Shown: positions 55,268 through 64,000 of the stretch, piece after piece
How positions within the stretch are numbered: position 1 is the stretch's first letter
How the letters are laid out: the number at the start of each line of letters is the position of its first letter
From: Nitrososphaerales archaeon
GTDB lineage: Archaea; Thermoproteota; Nitrososphaeria; Nitrososphaerales; UBA213
Assembly: GCA_965197925.1 (NCBI GenBank)
Contig: CBDAOC010000020.1
Span: 352,001-416,000 of the forward strand
Direction of reading: 5' to 3'
DNA: 64,000 nt
Made by a program: the position numbers and the translations under genes
The notes under the pieces: generated by a model
Databases searched by the model: none
What the model was told of the DNA's origin: nothing
What the model saw: the letters and a program-made list of their open reading frames with translations, nothing else

Positions 55268-56671
55268 TTAACTAATCTTGTTAAGTTCAAACTCCTGGTG
55301 TAGTGCACGAATTGCCTCCTCGCAATCCCTGTCGCTTACCACAAATGCTAAATTAAGTTCAGAAGAGCCTTGAGCAATCATTATAACGTTTACGTCATTC
55401 TTTGCGACGGCACCGAAAATTCTTGAAGCTACTCCTTTGATTCCTCGCATCCCAGAACCAACTACTGCAATAATTGCGACATTGTCAGTAACATTTAAGG
55501 TCTTTATCACCTTGCCAAGCAAATTCAACTCTAGTGAATTAACTGCTCTATCCAGATCATTCTTACGAACTACCATGGATATACTTGACTCAGAAGGGCT
55601 TTGAGATATCATCATTATGTTGACCTTGTTTTTGCCCATAATATCAAATATTTTGCCTGCTGTACCAGGAACGCCTACCATGCTGCCACCTCTCACATCT
55701 ACAAGTGCTGTGTTTCTAATAACAGTGATAGATTTAACTATGTGACTTGAACCGGTCTTGGGGTTTTTGATCACAAAAGTACCCCTATTTTCTGGCTTCA
55801 ATACATTCCTTATTCGCATAGGTATTCCTTTGTCTAGTATAGGTTCAAGAGCTCTTGGATGCATATACTTCGCACCGAAGAGAACCATCTCCATTGCTTC
55901 TGCATATGATACTTCATTCAAAACTCTTGCATTCTTAACCATCCTTGGGTCTGCCGTCATTAGACCATCTACGTCTGTCCATAACCACACCTCGTCTGCG
56001 TTTATGCAGGATGCTAATATAGTAGCAGTGTAATCCGAACCTCCTCTACCAAGTGTTGTAAGATTTCCATATTGATCGGCTGCAACAAATCCAGTTACAA
56101 CTGGCAAAATACCATTTTTCAACATTGGAAGGATTTTGTTGGAAACTCTTAATTTTGTAGTGTCCATAAGCGGTTTTGCTTCACCAAAGTAAGAATCTGT
56201 AATTATGCCAGCATCCTTTCCAGTAAGAAACTCGGATTTGACTCCTATATCTTTCAGTGCATAGCAGAGTATAGGGGTCGCAAGTCTTTCACCAAATGAA
56301 AGCAAATAATCCTGTGATCTTGCCGATATTTCACCAAGTAAAACTATGCCATTCAAAACATCTTCCAACTCGTTTATCATTACTTCCAATGCCTTTCGAA
56401 GTCCATTCTTTGATTTCATTTTGGTAATAGAATCTTTTGCTAAATCCATATGGATCTTTTCAATTCTGTTAATGAAATTCTCCACTTCAGTTTTATTACC
56501 TTTTTTTATGCTTTCAGAAACTTGCAACAGATCATCGGTCACTCCCTTAACTGCAGAAGCTACTGTGACAATTTTGTTTGCTTTTGAATATGATTTGATA
56601 AGTTGTGCTACCTGCTTCACTCTATCTGCACTGGCAACTGATGTGCCCCCAAACTTCATTACAATCTTCAA
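55268..56671 (-). CDS. lysC: Aspartate kinase
   Basis: MKFGGTSV, SFGERL, TTLGRGGSDYTA, WTDVDG, two ACT domains. Confidence 0.95.
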   Translation of the reverse strand: MKIVMKFGGTSVASADRVKQVAQLIKSYSKANKIVTVASAVKGVTDDLLQVSESIKKGNKTEVENFINRIEKIHMDLAKDSITKMKSKNGLRKALEVMINELEDVLNGIVLLGEISARSQDYLLSFGERLATPILCYALKDIGVKSEFLTGKDAGIITDSYFGEAKPLMDTTKLRVSNKILPMLKNGILPVVTGFVAADQYGNLTTLGRGGSDYTATILASCINADEVWLWTDVDGLMTADPRMVKNARVLNEVSYAEAMEMVLFGAKYMHPRALEPILDKGIPMRIRNVLKPENRGTFVIKNPKTGSSHIVKSITVIRNTALVDVRGGSMVGVPGTAGKIFDIMGKNKVNIMMISQSPSESSISMVVRKNDLDRAVNSLELNLLGKVIKTLNVTDNVAIIAVVGSGMRGIKGVASRIFGAVAKNDVNVIMIAQGSSELNLAFVVSDRDCEEAIRALHQEFELNKIS

Positions 56672-56757
56672 TTCTCAGCATTGCTAACTATGCTTGCTTT
56701 AAATTCTTTCTTAACCTGCGTGAGATCCATGAATGATCCATGAATGAATGAGGGGAC

Positions 56758-57510
56758 CTAGCCTTCTACTCTCGGCGCAAGGAAGAATTGGATCCTGCCT
56801 ACGTTCGAGACCTTGAACTCCAATCTCATCGGCATCTTGCTAGAATACTCGCATATTACACCGCCTGAACCTGTTCCTATTGCTTTTGCTATGCTACTCA
56901 AATATTCCAAACTGTAAGTAGCCTTACTCACTTCCTTGACATTCAATTCGTCTAATCCTTCACTCCCAGATTCCAGTGTAATAACCGCCTCACCAGCATC
57001 TCCCCTTCCTGAAAAGATGGCTTTATCGGTGTTGGATTCTATAGATACGTAATCTGAAACAACCTGAATATCAGTCAGTATTTTATCAAACGTTGAGGTA
57101 GTCAACGCAATCTTTGCGTTAAAACTTATCTTTGGTAGTGGTGTTGAACCGACTGTACTTTCTATCAATTTCATTTTATACTCCTTCTTATAGCCATTTG
57201 ATATCTTTACAACTAGCAAATTCTCCTCCGTTACATTCAGTTCAATGTCATCTCCTTTGTTAGCCCGCTTGATCAATTTCGAAAATTCGTCTACTCTTAC
57301 ACCAAACTTTATAGCACTGTCACACTCGAACCTTTCAAAAGCAGAATTGGGCCATAGTAAATCTATTAGAGCAACGTGACTCGGGTCCATACCCCTAAAA
57401 GAAATGCTTTCGCTAGTAGCCTCAAAGGTAGCTTCTTCAACAAGAGTTGAGATGGCAGAAGTTATTGCCTTCCACTCATCTGGACCTTTGGTTTTTGCCA
57501 ATAGAGCCAA
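56758..57510 (-). CDS. pcn: DNA polymerase sliding clamp PCNA
   Basis: MDPSHVALIDL, ATYSLEYL, FFLAPRVE. Confidence 0.95.
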   Translation of the reverse strand: MALLAKTKGPDEWKAITSAISTLVEEATFEATSESISFRGMDPSHVALIDLLWPNSAFERFECDSAIKFGVRVDEFSKLIKRANKGDDIELNVTEENLLVVKISNGYKKEYKMKLIESTVGSTPLPKISFNAKIALTTSTFDKILTDIQVVSDYVSIESNTDKAIFSGRGDAGEAVITLESGSEGLDELNVKEVSKATYSLEYLSSIAKAIGTGSGGVICEYSSKMPMRLEFKVSNVGRIQFFLAPRVEG

Positions 57511-57545
57511 AGCAGATATGCAATGTTACAGTTGATATTAAACCT

Positions 57546-57893
57546 TTATGTGTAATTACGCCAGGTGTGATTGCAACTAGTGCATCTGTAGAATTGAGTC
57601 GTAGGTTCGTCTGCACTCCTAGTCTGCAGCATCCACCATACGGCTTCCTTGTTATCGCATTTTGGGCAGTCAACGTTTGTTGTAGGAAGTGCTTTGATAT
57701 CATTTCCTTCCTCTAAAACCTTAATTGATGGATCCTCTTTTGTGTCGAGTTTCTTTTTTGATTTGATCTCTGGCGTCGAATCCCCTAACTGAGCCGTCGA
57801 GTAACCGCACCTCGGGCAAGTCATTTTTACCATTGTTTCTTGTCCTTCCTGCTTTGACTTTAGTCTAGTATTACATGTGGGACAGAATTGCAT
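57546..57893 (-). CDS. tfs: Transcription factor S (TFS/RpoM)
   Basis: MQFCPTC...CPRC; CPKC...QTRSADEP.T.FYRC..C. Confidence 0.95.
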   Translation of the reverse strand: MQFCPTCNTRLKSKQEGQETMVKMTCPRCGYSTAQLGDSTPEIKSKKKLDTKEDPSIKVLEEGNDIKALPTTNVDCPKCDNKEAVWWMLQTRSADEPTTQFYRCTSCNHTWRNYT

Positions 57894-57900
57894 TACCTTA

Positions 57901-58173
57901 TCACTTCGCTTTATTGAAGACTTGGAGTATGTCTTCGATGTGTTCAACTGCTGTCTTGGTAGATTGCAGCAATGCATCCAACGGATTTCCGCTTTCGGTT
58001 ACGATTCTAAACTCATATTCCTTCGTCAGGAGATGTTTAAGTGTGACACCGGCAAATTCTATCTTCTTGTTTTGAAGAAGTTCGTACTGCAAAACGTACA
58101 TGATCGAAATATCCTCTTCCTTTACTTTTAGGTCGACTTCGTTATCGGCAAAATCTATAACTGTTGCATCCAT
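57901..58173 (-). CDS. rpoL: DNA-directed RNA polymerase subunit L (Rpo11)
   Basis: EEDISIMYVLQYELL...FAGV...HLL pattern; synteny with tfs and pcn. Confidence 0.85.
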   Translation of the reverse strand: MDATVIDFADNEVDLKVKEEDISIMYVLQYELLQNKKIEFAGVTLKHLLTKEYEFRIVTESGNPLDALLQSTKTAVEHIEDILQVFNKAK

Positions 58174-58205
58174 ATTCTAGCATCACTCCTGCATGGTGAT
58201 ATAAA

Positions 58206-58233
58206 TTATGTGCCCAAGGTTATGTGCCCAAGG
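58206..58233. repeat. 14-bp tandem duplication TTATGTGCCCAAGG x2 in a divergent promoter region
   Basis: Read directly from the sequence. Confidence 0.9.
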
Positions 58234-58262
58234 GAGTAAAGATATATTTGATATAATCTTTT

Positions 58263-58811
58263 GTGGCAAAGGTGTTAGTAGATAGTTACATAAGAGATGT
58301 GAGACTACTTTCTTCAGCCCGCACATTGAAACTTGAACAGCCATTAAGGCTCGACCTTAGGTTCAAAGTTGAGGGTCAGATAAGGAAAGCCCTCCATCAG
58401 GAAAATTGGACCCTTGCTTATGACAAACATGATACCACTTTCTTGATCAAATACGTAATCACGATTCAAAGTGGCATTTTGAAGAGGTATGGAGTTCTTG
58501 AACCTGTGAAGTTTGTTAGAAAGGCATCATTTTACTGGAGTAGAAATCCTAAACTCCCTCCAAATCCACCAAACAAGAAGATCTGGGTAATGATATTGAT
58601 GGATGATTTGCCTAATTTGCCTGACACTGCTGAAGATGCAAGATCATTATTACTTGACGTAAGACGTACTGTGGAACTGATGGGCTATAATATTGGTAAG
58701 GGAAGGCATAAGTTAGTTGCTCATGTAAGCGCATCCTGGGGCAGGCATGAATACATTAAATCAGATAAGATAGATGCTAGATCGAACGAAGTAGAGATAA
58801 TTTGTATGTAA
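58263..58811 (+). CDS. Hypothetical protein (thaumarchaeal-type)
   Basis: 182-aa ORF with RKASFYWSRNP.LP...KIW motif; no function recognised. Confidence 0.65.
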   Translation: MAKVLVDSYIRDVRLLSSARTLKLEQPLRLDLRFKVEGQIRKALHQENWTLAYDKHDTTFLIKYVITIQSGILKRYGVLEPVKFVRKASFYWSRNPKLPPNPPNKKIWVMILMDDLPNLPDTAEDARSLLLDVRRTVELMGYNIGKGRHKLVAHVSASWGRHEYIKSDKIDARSNEVEIICM

Positions 58812-58849
58812 CCGTCAAAGATATATTTGATATAATATTACTTGTTATC

Positions 58850-59125
58850 ATGGCGAAGTATGATGGAATTTGTGGTCAGGAGTTGATGGAAGTAGAGGAA
58901 AAGGGAAATGAAATTACATTAATCTTCAAAGACAACAGATATTTGTTTGTTAAAGTACTGGATGGCAGGTTTTTAGTGGATCATGAAAAATATCTTGAAA
59001 TAAAGGGAAAGGAATTGGTTCAAGTAGAAGAAAAGGAGAAGGAGCTCATACTGATCTTCACTGAGGGGAAGTTCCCGATCGGGGTAGAGAGCGGAAAGTT
59101 AGTTACTCACGTAGTACCAGAATGA
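58850..59125 (+). CDS. Small hypothetical protein built from an internal duplication
   Basis: KYDGICGQELMEVEEKGNEITLIF versus KYLEIKGKELVQVEEKEKELILIF. Confidence 0.7.
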   Translation: MAKYDGICGQELMEVEEKGNEITLIFKDNRYLFVKVLDGRFLVDHEKYLEIKGKELVQVEEKEKELILIFTEGKFPIGVESGKLVTHVVPE

Positions 59126-59626
59126 CTATAGTTTACTTTTCAAATATTTTTCAAAAAGAGATAATGCTATCTCCTGTGAGCTACTTTCTATGGATCCAGG
59201 TCGCATATTCCTTATTCTTTGTACGGCATTCTTTGGACCCATCCCGTTGAACTTTATCATATAAGCTGCGAGTATTGTGCCAGCACGACCTTTGCCAGCC
59301 GCACAATGAACCATAGTTGATTTGTTGTTTTTCAAATTTTTATCTATGAAGTCTACTGCTCTGTCAATATCTTGTATGTCCGGTGCTGCTCCATCAACTG
59401 TTGGCATATGCAGGTAATCAATATCACTTAACCACTCTCTTTTCAACGGTTTCTCCGTTAAGGTAATAATAGCTTTGATGCCATTCTCCCTCACCCAATC
59501 GAGCTCTTCCCTAGAAGTAGGAATTCCACTGCCTGCAAGGGCGCTATCTATTAGCCAAGAGAAGTTTGAAGGTTTCTTTGCAATTGCTCCATAGATCTTG
59601 CGCCAGAAATTTCCAATAATGCTCAA
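59126..59626 (-). CDS. Dual-specificity protein phosphatase
   Basis: VHCAAGKGRAG (HCx5R), NFSW, RPGSIE. Confidence 0.92.
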   Translation of the reverse strand: MSIIGNFWRKIYGAIAKKPSNFSWLIDSALAGSGIPTSREELDWVRENGIKAIITLTEKPLKREWLSDIDYLHMPTVDGAAPDIQDIDRAVDFIDKNLKNNKSTMVHCAAGKGRAGTILAAYMIKFNGMGPKNAVQRIRNMRPGSIESSSQEIALSLFEKYLKSKL

Positions 59627-60147
59627 TGACTTTCGCTTATCCTAAGTACAATCGCCATTATCAATGCGTTTGTAATAAGTTCATTTCTGCTAATGATTCC
59701 TTTCGTCATTAGTTCAATTATCCCTCCCTTCTCGCGAACACCCTTAATACCGTATAAAAATTGCACGGCTTTATCAACTTCCATCCTTTCTATTAAAACT
59801 AACCTCGTGACATCGCTTGGAAGCTGGAAGCCAGGACTTGATCCTAAAGTAATTTTTCCTACTCTATCAATTATTGCTGCAAATTGAACGTTAAGGTATG
59901 TCTTAAGGTCTGGTACCTCCATTAGTCCTGCTTCTATCCCAACTCCAAGTTCTGCATCATTCAATTTTTGTAGGGCAATTTTCGCCCTCGCCACCGCACC
60001 GTTGACAGTCCCACATAGTGTGACGGGTTGTGGTAGTAGGCTATTGACGCTAATATTGATTATCCTTACATTGTTGTAAAACTTACAAAACGCTTCCTTG
60101 ACAGCATTAACCTTTATAATATTAGAGGTTCCCACTGCTATTAGCAT
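59623..60147 (-). CDS. Inosine/xanthosine triphosphatase (YjjX/DUF84)
   Basis: VGTSN..KVNAV, GAVARA, GVGIEAG, GGII..MT.G.ISR. Confidence 0.88.
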   Translation of the reverse strand: MLIAVGTSNIIKVNAVKEAFCKFYNNVRIINISVNSLLPQPVTLCGTVNGAVARAKIALQKLNDAELGVGIEAGLMEVPDLKTYLNVQFAAIIDRVGKITLGSSPGFQLPSDVTRLVLIERMEVDKAVQFLYGIKGVREKGGIIELMTKGIISRNELITNALIMAIVLRISESH

Positions 60148-60221
60148 AGACTACCTTGTTTATGCATATATAAAATTGGTTTTGATCAAAACATATATTA
60201 CAAATTGAGGAGATTATTATT

Positions 60222-60431
60222 ATGCAGGATCTTTTGGGTAAAGAAGCGATTCTGTATGAGCAAGATGTAGATAGGGTAAAGTGTACTGCATGCGCAAGAT
60301 ATTGCTCTATACCAAGGAAAATTGGATTATGTGGTATAAGGGGAAATGTTAACGGCAAGTTACGGTTATTCGTTTACGGCAAGGTGATTGCAGGGCAAAT
60401 AGATCCTATCGAGAAGAAGCCAGTAATACAT
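60222..60431 (+). pseudogene. 5' fragment of an AmmeMemoRadiSam-system radical SAM enzyme, truncated
   Basis: VKCTACARYC...GLCGIRGN...DPIEKKPV.H, ending at the IS before the CxxxCxxC motif. Confidence 0.82.
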
Positions 60432-61305
60432 TCAACTCATCTCAAAACCCTACAATACATCAAAAATGATGCAGGATTAACAAATGCCAGGTAGTTTTCT
60501 GCCGTTCTTTCATATCTGATTCTTGTTCTGTGAAATCCATTCTTGAGCCATGCAAGGAATCTCTCAACTACAAATCTTGTCTTGCTGTAATGTTTGCAAT
60601 CATTATTTTGCAAGATGAACTTGGAATTTATTTTGTATGGGATGCAACATGCAATATTTCTATCCCACAAATACATTCTGATGTATTTTGCATCATTTTG
60701 TCTGCATAAACTGATTCTATCTGTTGTATTGAATCATCATCAAGATAGTCTGAAATTGATCCTGTAACATCCATGCATTTTGTACTGTCATGTTCATTTG
60801 CCGGACTCAGCAGTATGGATATTGGAAATCCGTTACTCTCTACTGCGGCATGTATTTTTGTACCTGTTATTCTCTTGAATCCATTATATCCAGTTACATT
60901 GCCCCTTTTTTATTAGGAATGGATGGAGTCAACTGATATTTTTTGTAGATTAATTTTGCCAGATTTATGTGCTGAGTGAATAGTACGTGATAGAATCTTT
61001 TTCCAGATTCCTTTTTGTTGCCATTTGTTTAACCTTCTGTTTGCAGTAGAATCATCACCATATCTTTTTGGCATATCGTCCCATCGGCATCCAGTAGTTA
61101 GAACATGGATTATTCCGTTAATGATTTTTCTATCATCATCCCTAGGCCTGCCAGTTTTTGCATGTGGTGGTATGTGTGATTCCATCATACTCCACTGTTT
61201 GTCTGATAATTCTTGGAATTTCATAAAATAATTTTAGATGTCGCTATTCATGGATCTAAATGGCCGCTAAAAATTGTCTAAATGGTTAGTTTTGAGATGA
61301 GTTGA
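60432..61305 (-). mobile_element. IS5-family element with fragmented transposase
   Basis: Perfect IRs TCAACTCATCTCAAAAC / GTTTTGAGATGAGTTGA; 4-bp TSD ACAT; LSDKQW, VLTTGCRW, RFVVERFLAWL. Confidence 0.9.
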
Positions 61306-61582
61306 ACATAGAGAATATGATTTGAGTTTATTAAGATTTTGGAGTTCAAGAATTGATCCCATATCATTTCCTTTTCGTTTTTGACCTATTTCATACCATG
61401 CTACCTTGTGCCCTACAACACTCTTTTTTAGTCACTTTACGCTTCAGTTCGTCAAGCTCCTGTTAAATAGATACCATGTCGAAATCTCTAAATTTTGTCG
61501 GTTTTCATCAAGAAATTGGGATTATATGATCAATGTAAAAAATTGCAAAATTAATGTTTAATTTCTCAACATGTATATCTAT

Positions 61583-61774
61583 TTACTTCATAAATATGAT
61601 GAGAAATATCATCGGGATAGAGACAACTATCGTTATTATTATCAACGCTTGATTTGATTGAGGGCTTGGATCAATTCCGAATAAGGGGAGGAATGGTATG
61701 GGAAACAATATGAATGCCCACAATGCACCGAAAGCTACTAACCTCCTCCACTTCTTGCGCAAGTTGATCTGCAT
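61583..61774 (-). CDS. Small two-TM hypothetical membrane protein
   Basis: 63-aa ORF with two hydrophobic segments; TATA-like TTTATT/TATAAA upstream. Confidence 0.45.
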   Translation of the reverse strand: MQINLRKKWRRLVAFGALWAFILFPIPFLPLFGIDPSPQSNQALIIITIVVSIPMIFLIIFMK

Positions 61775-61926
61775 GCAGCTATTTATAATACAATTCTATT
61801 TATTCCTTAACAGAACTTCTACGAACAAAGATAGAAGGAAACCAACAGTTCTTATTATCCACTGCTCAATTTTTCATTAAAATTTTATTCACTTCAAGTT
61901 TACACATGATATTTTTTGCACTTATT

Positions 61927-62350
61927 TGAGGTATGGGCATAATTCCATAACAAAAATAACTTGATGCATCTAATTGATTAACTTCCAAGCATGTGCTCCA
62001 ATGCCCTTAATGGATTTCGTGTAGATGATTGTAGTACTATTACCTGATACAATAATACAGATAACAATACAATGCTCCTTACCTTATCGAACCCTCTAAC
62101 TGGCAATGGATCTATGGCAAACACATCCTTCATGTGCTCTATCAATGGTTCAACTCTTATACTTCTCCGAGAATATACATACTGTCCGTACAGTTATAGA
62201 ACTGCAGCGATGCTAGTCTATTATTATCTGTAGTATGCTTGTACCTTTCCAATGGGAATACTAGTAGATGCCCTCTATACCTGCTGAAATCAAATAACTC
62301 ATGATCATCATATCCCTCATCTCCCACAATGTATCTAATCCCTTTCTGGT
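61927..62350 (-). mobile_element. Truncated 3' fragment of the IS family found at 22102-23194
   Basis: Reverse-complement similarity to about 22790-23194, including the right IR (TGAGGTATGGGCATAATT); left end missing. Confidence 0.82.
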
Positions 62351-62616
62351 ACTGATGCTGTTAGTATCATAGTAGCTAGATATGGGGTTGTTCCACTATC
62401 TCACCGAAAATCTATCTTAGCTTCGGAATTAGGTTAGTGGTTGCAATGCTCATTTTGGTGACCGAATAAATGTCTAATATTCTCGGCAAAACCTAAAGCT
62501 TTTGAATGTTTTACATTCTTCGTTTTAGATTAGTAGCAAAAGTACAAAAATTAGTTTGCTCGTCAAAGAATAAACTGGTTTGTCCTTACGTTTTATCCCA
62601 GACGTCACTCATAGAG

Positions 62617-63663
62617 TTAAACTATTCCTGTTGATTTTGCTAACTCCAAGGCATCGTGAACTTTCAAACTTGTTTTAGTCAGTATAGTATACCTATCAGG
62701 TCTCAATGTTGAGGCTATTAACAATGCTTTAATTATAGAATCCGCATCAATGCCTAACTCTCTCGCGGTGGTAGGTGCACCTATGTATTTCAAAGTACTA
62801 GATATCTTTTCCCATTCAATTTCATGAAGTTTAGCCATCATTATGGTCCCCAAACCACACTTTTCCCCATGCAGTCCCTTGTTTGGAACAATGAAGTCAA
62901 GAGCGTGACTAAACAAGTGCTCCGCACCAGAGCAAGGTCTGCTACTCCCTGCAATACATGTAGCAACACCACAACTAATAAGAGCTTCAACTACTGTTCT
63001 TACACCAGCACCATTGCCGATTCCTATTGATCTAGATTCTTCCATAACTATCTTTGCACTCATGAACGCAAGACTCGATGAGTATTTGCCAAAATATTCA
63101 CCTTTTTCATCTCTCGCAAGTTCCCAGTCCTTTACAGCCGTAATCTTTGCTATGAGATCACCGCAGCCAGCTACTAACAATCTTCTTGGTGCATGAGTAA
63201 TTATATCTGTATCTACCAATACACCTATAGGAGCTTTAGTTTTAATTGAATGAGGTTTGTCATGACCTTTGATAGATGAGAATGGACTAGATATTCCGTC
63301 ATGAGATGCAGAAGTGGGTACGCTAACAAATGGCTTACCCAAATTATAAGCCACGGTTTTTGCGACATCTACACTTTTGCCTCCACCAAAACCTATTATT
63401 GCCTCACTGCCATTCCTTACAATTTCTTTCTGAATTGCATCAACAACCTCCGTGTTAGCTGCAGTAGCGATAAACCAAGCGTCCTTTATGTCAGACGAAC
63501 TAAGAGATAAGTGGCAGTGTTCACCAATCCGTTCCTTTACAACGGCGCCACTTATTACACCAACCTTTTTCACGCCAAGATCAGTTACAAAATTGCCAAG
63601 ATCCTTGATAACACCATCTCCAATTAGAATATTCCTGGGCAACTCCATTAAGTGAGTTGACAA
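62617..63663 (-). CDS. egsA: sn-glycerol-1-phosphate dehydrogenase
   Basis: GFGGGKSVDVAK, VPTSASHDGISS, SRPCSGAEHLFSHALD, HGEKCG. Confidence 0.95.
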   Translation of the reverse strand: MSTHLMELPRNILIGDGVIKDLGNFVTDLGVKKVGVISGAVVKERIGEHCHLSLSSSDIKDAWFIATAANTEVVDAIQKEIVRNGSEAIIGFGGGKSVDVAKTVAYNLGKPFVSVPTSASHDGISSPFSSIKGHDKPHSIKTKAPIGVLVDTDIITHAPRRLLVAGCGDLIAKITAVKDWELARDEKGEYFGKYSSSLAFMSAKIVMEESRSIGIGNGAGVRTVVEALISCGVATCIAGSSRPCSGAEHLFSHALDFIVPNKGLHGEKCGLGTIMMAKLHEIEWEKISSTLKYIGAPTTARELGIDADSIIKALLIASTLRPDRYTILTKTSLKVHDALELAKSTGIV

Positions 63664-63762
63664 TTTCTACAATATGACATTCCCTATTATTTAATTCTGC
63701 GGATGATCGAAACCTTATTTAAGTGGTAGAATCTTATTTGCCTTGTTTCTGAGGGATTCTCT

Positions 63763-64000
63763 TTGTCAGATTATGTAAACAAGAATAGATTACACGGGAC
63801 TACAACTGTTGGGATAACATGTTCTGATGGTGTAGTATTAGCTACGGACACTAGGGCAACTGCTGGTTTTCTTTACATAGCGCACAGGCATGTCAAGAAG
63901 GTTCACAAAATAGATGATCATGTAGCAATGACAATTGCTGGTAGTGTAGCAGATGCCCAGAACGTGGTAGATATACTACGCTACCATGCAAATATCTATA
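63763..64000 (+). CDS. psmB: Proteasome beta subunit (partial, runs off window)
   Basis: Own translation MSDYVNKNRLHG|TTTVGITCSDGVVLATDTRATAG...TIAGSVADAQ, with propeptide and Thr nucleophile. Confidence 0.92.
   Translation, partial: MSDYVNKNRLHGTTTVGITCSDGVVLATDTRATAGFLYIAHRHVKKVHKIDDHVAMTIAGSVADAQNVVDILRYHANIY

Noticed and set aside
90..63655. Numerous short ORF-track entries antisense to or nested in real genes (e.g. 14934-15263, 27716-28111, 41836-42204, 56346-56687)
   Set aside because: Shadow ORFs of well-supported genes, with no independent motifs.

Overview
Chromosomal segment of an ammonia-oxidising-type archaeon (Nitrososphaerota/Thaumarchaeota; inferred from thaumarchaeal FtsZ, Alba, EgsA, PCNA-TFS-Rpo11, A-type ATP synthase, NrdJ plus NrdD-like pair, CobJ). 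Most genes are housekeeping. They are interspersed with at least seven IS elements or IS remnants and many broken accessory genes (RTX protein, DM13, Zn-dehydrogenase, sulfatase, CdvB-like, AmmeMemoRadiSam), which points to ongoing genome erosion. No tRNA, rRNA or CRISPR array was recognised. Best leads: (1) a 712-aa secreted protein fusing a His-rich thaumarchaeal domain, a type-1 cupredoxin and a His-lined beta-propeller, a candidate novel copper redox enzyme; (2) an HTH + ATP-cone + degenerate class III RNR protein with no glycyl-radical motif directly upstream of nrdJ, a candidate pseudoenzyme dNTP-sensing regulator; (3) an intact GGxSQ-type release-factor paralogue inside a decaying island; (4) a rhomboid-Hsp20-like fusion. 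All calls come from motif recognition by eye, with no database searches.
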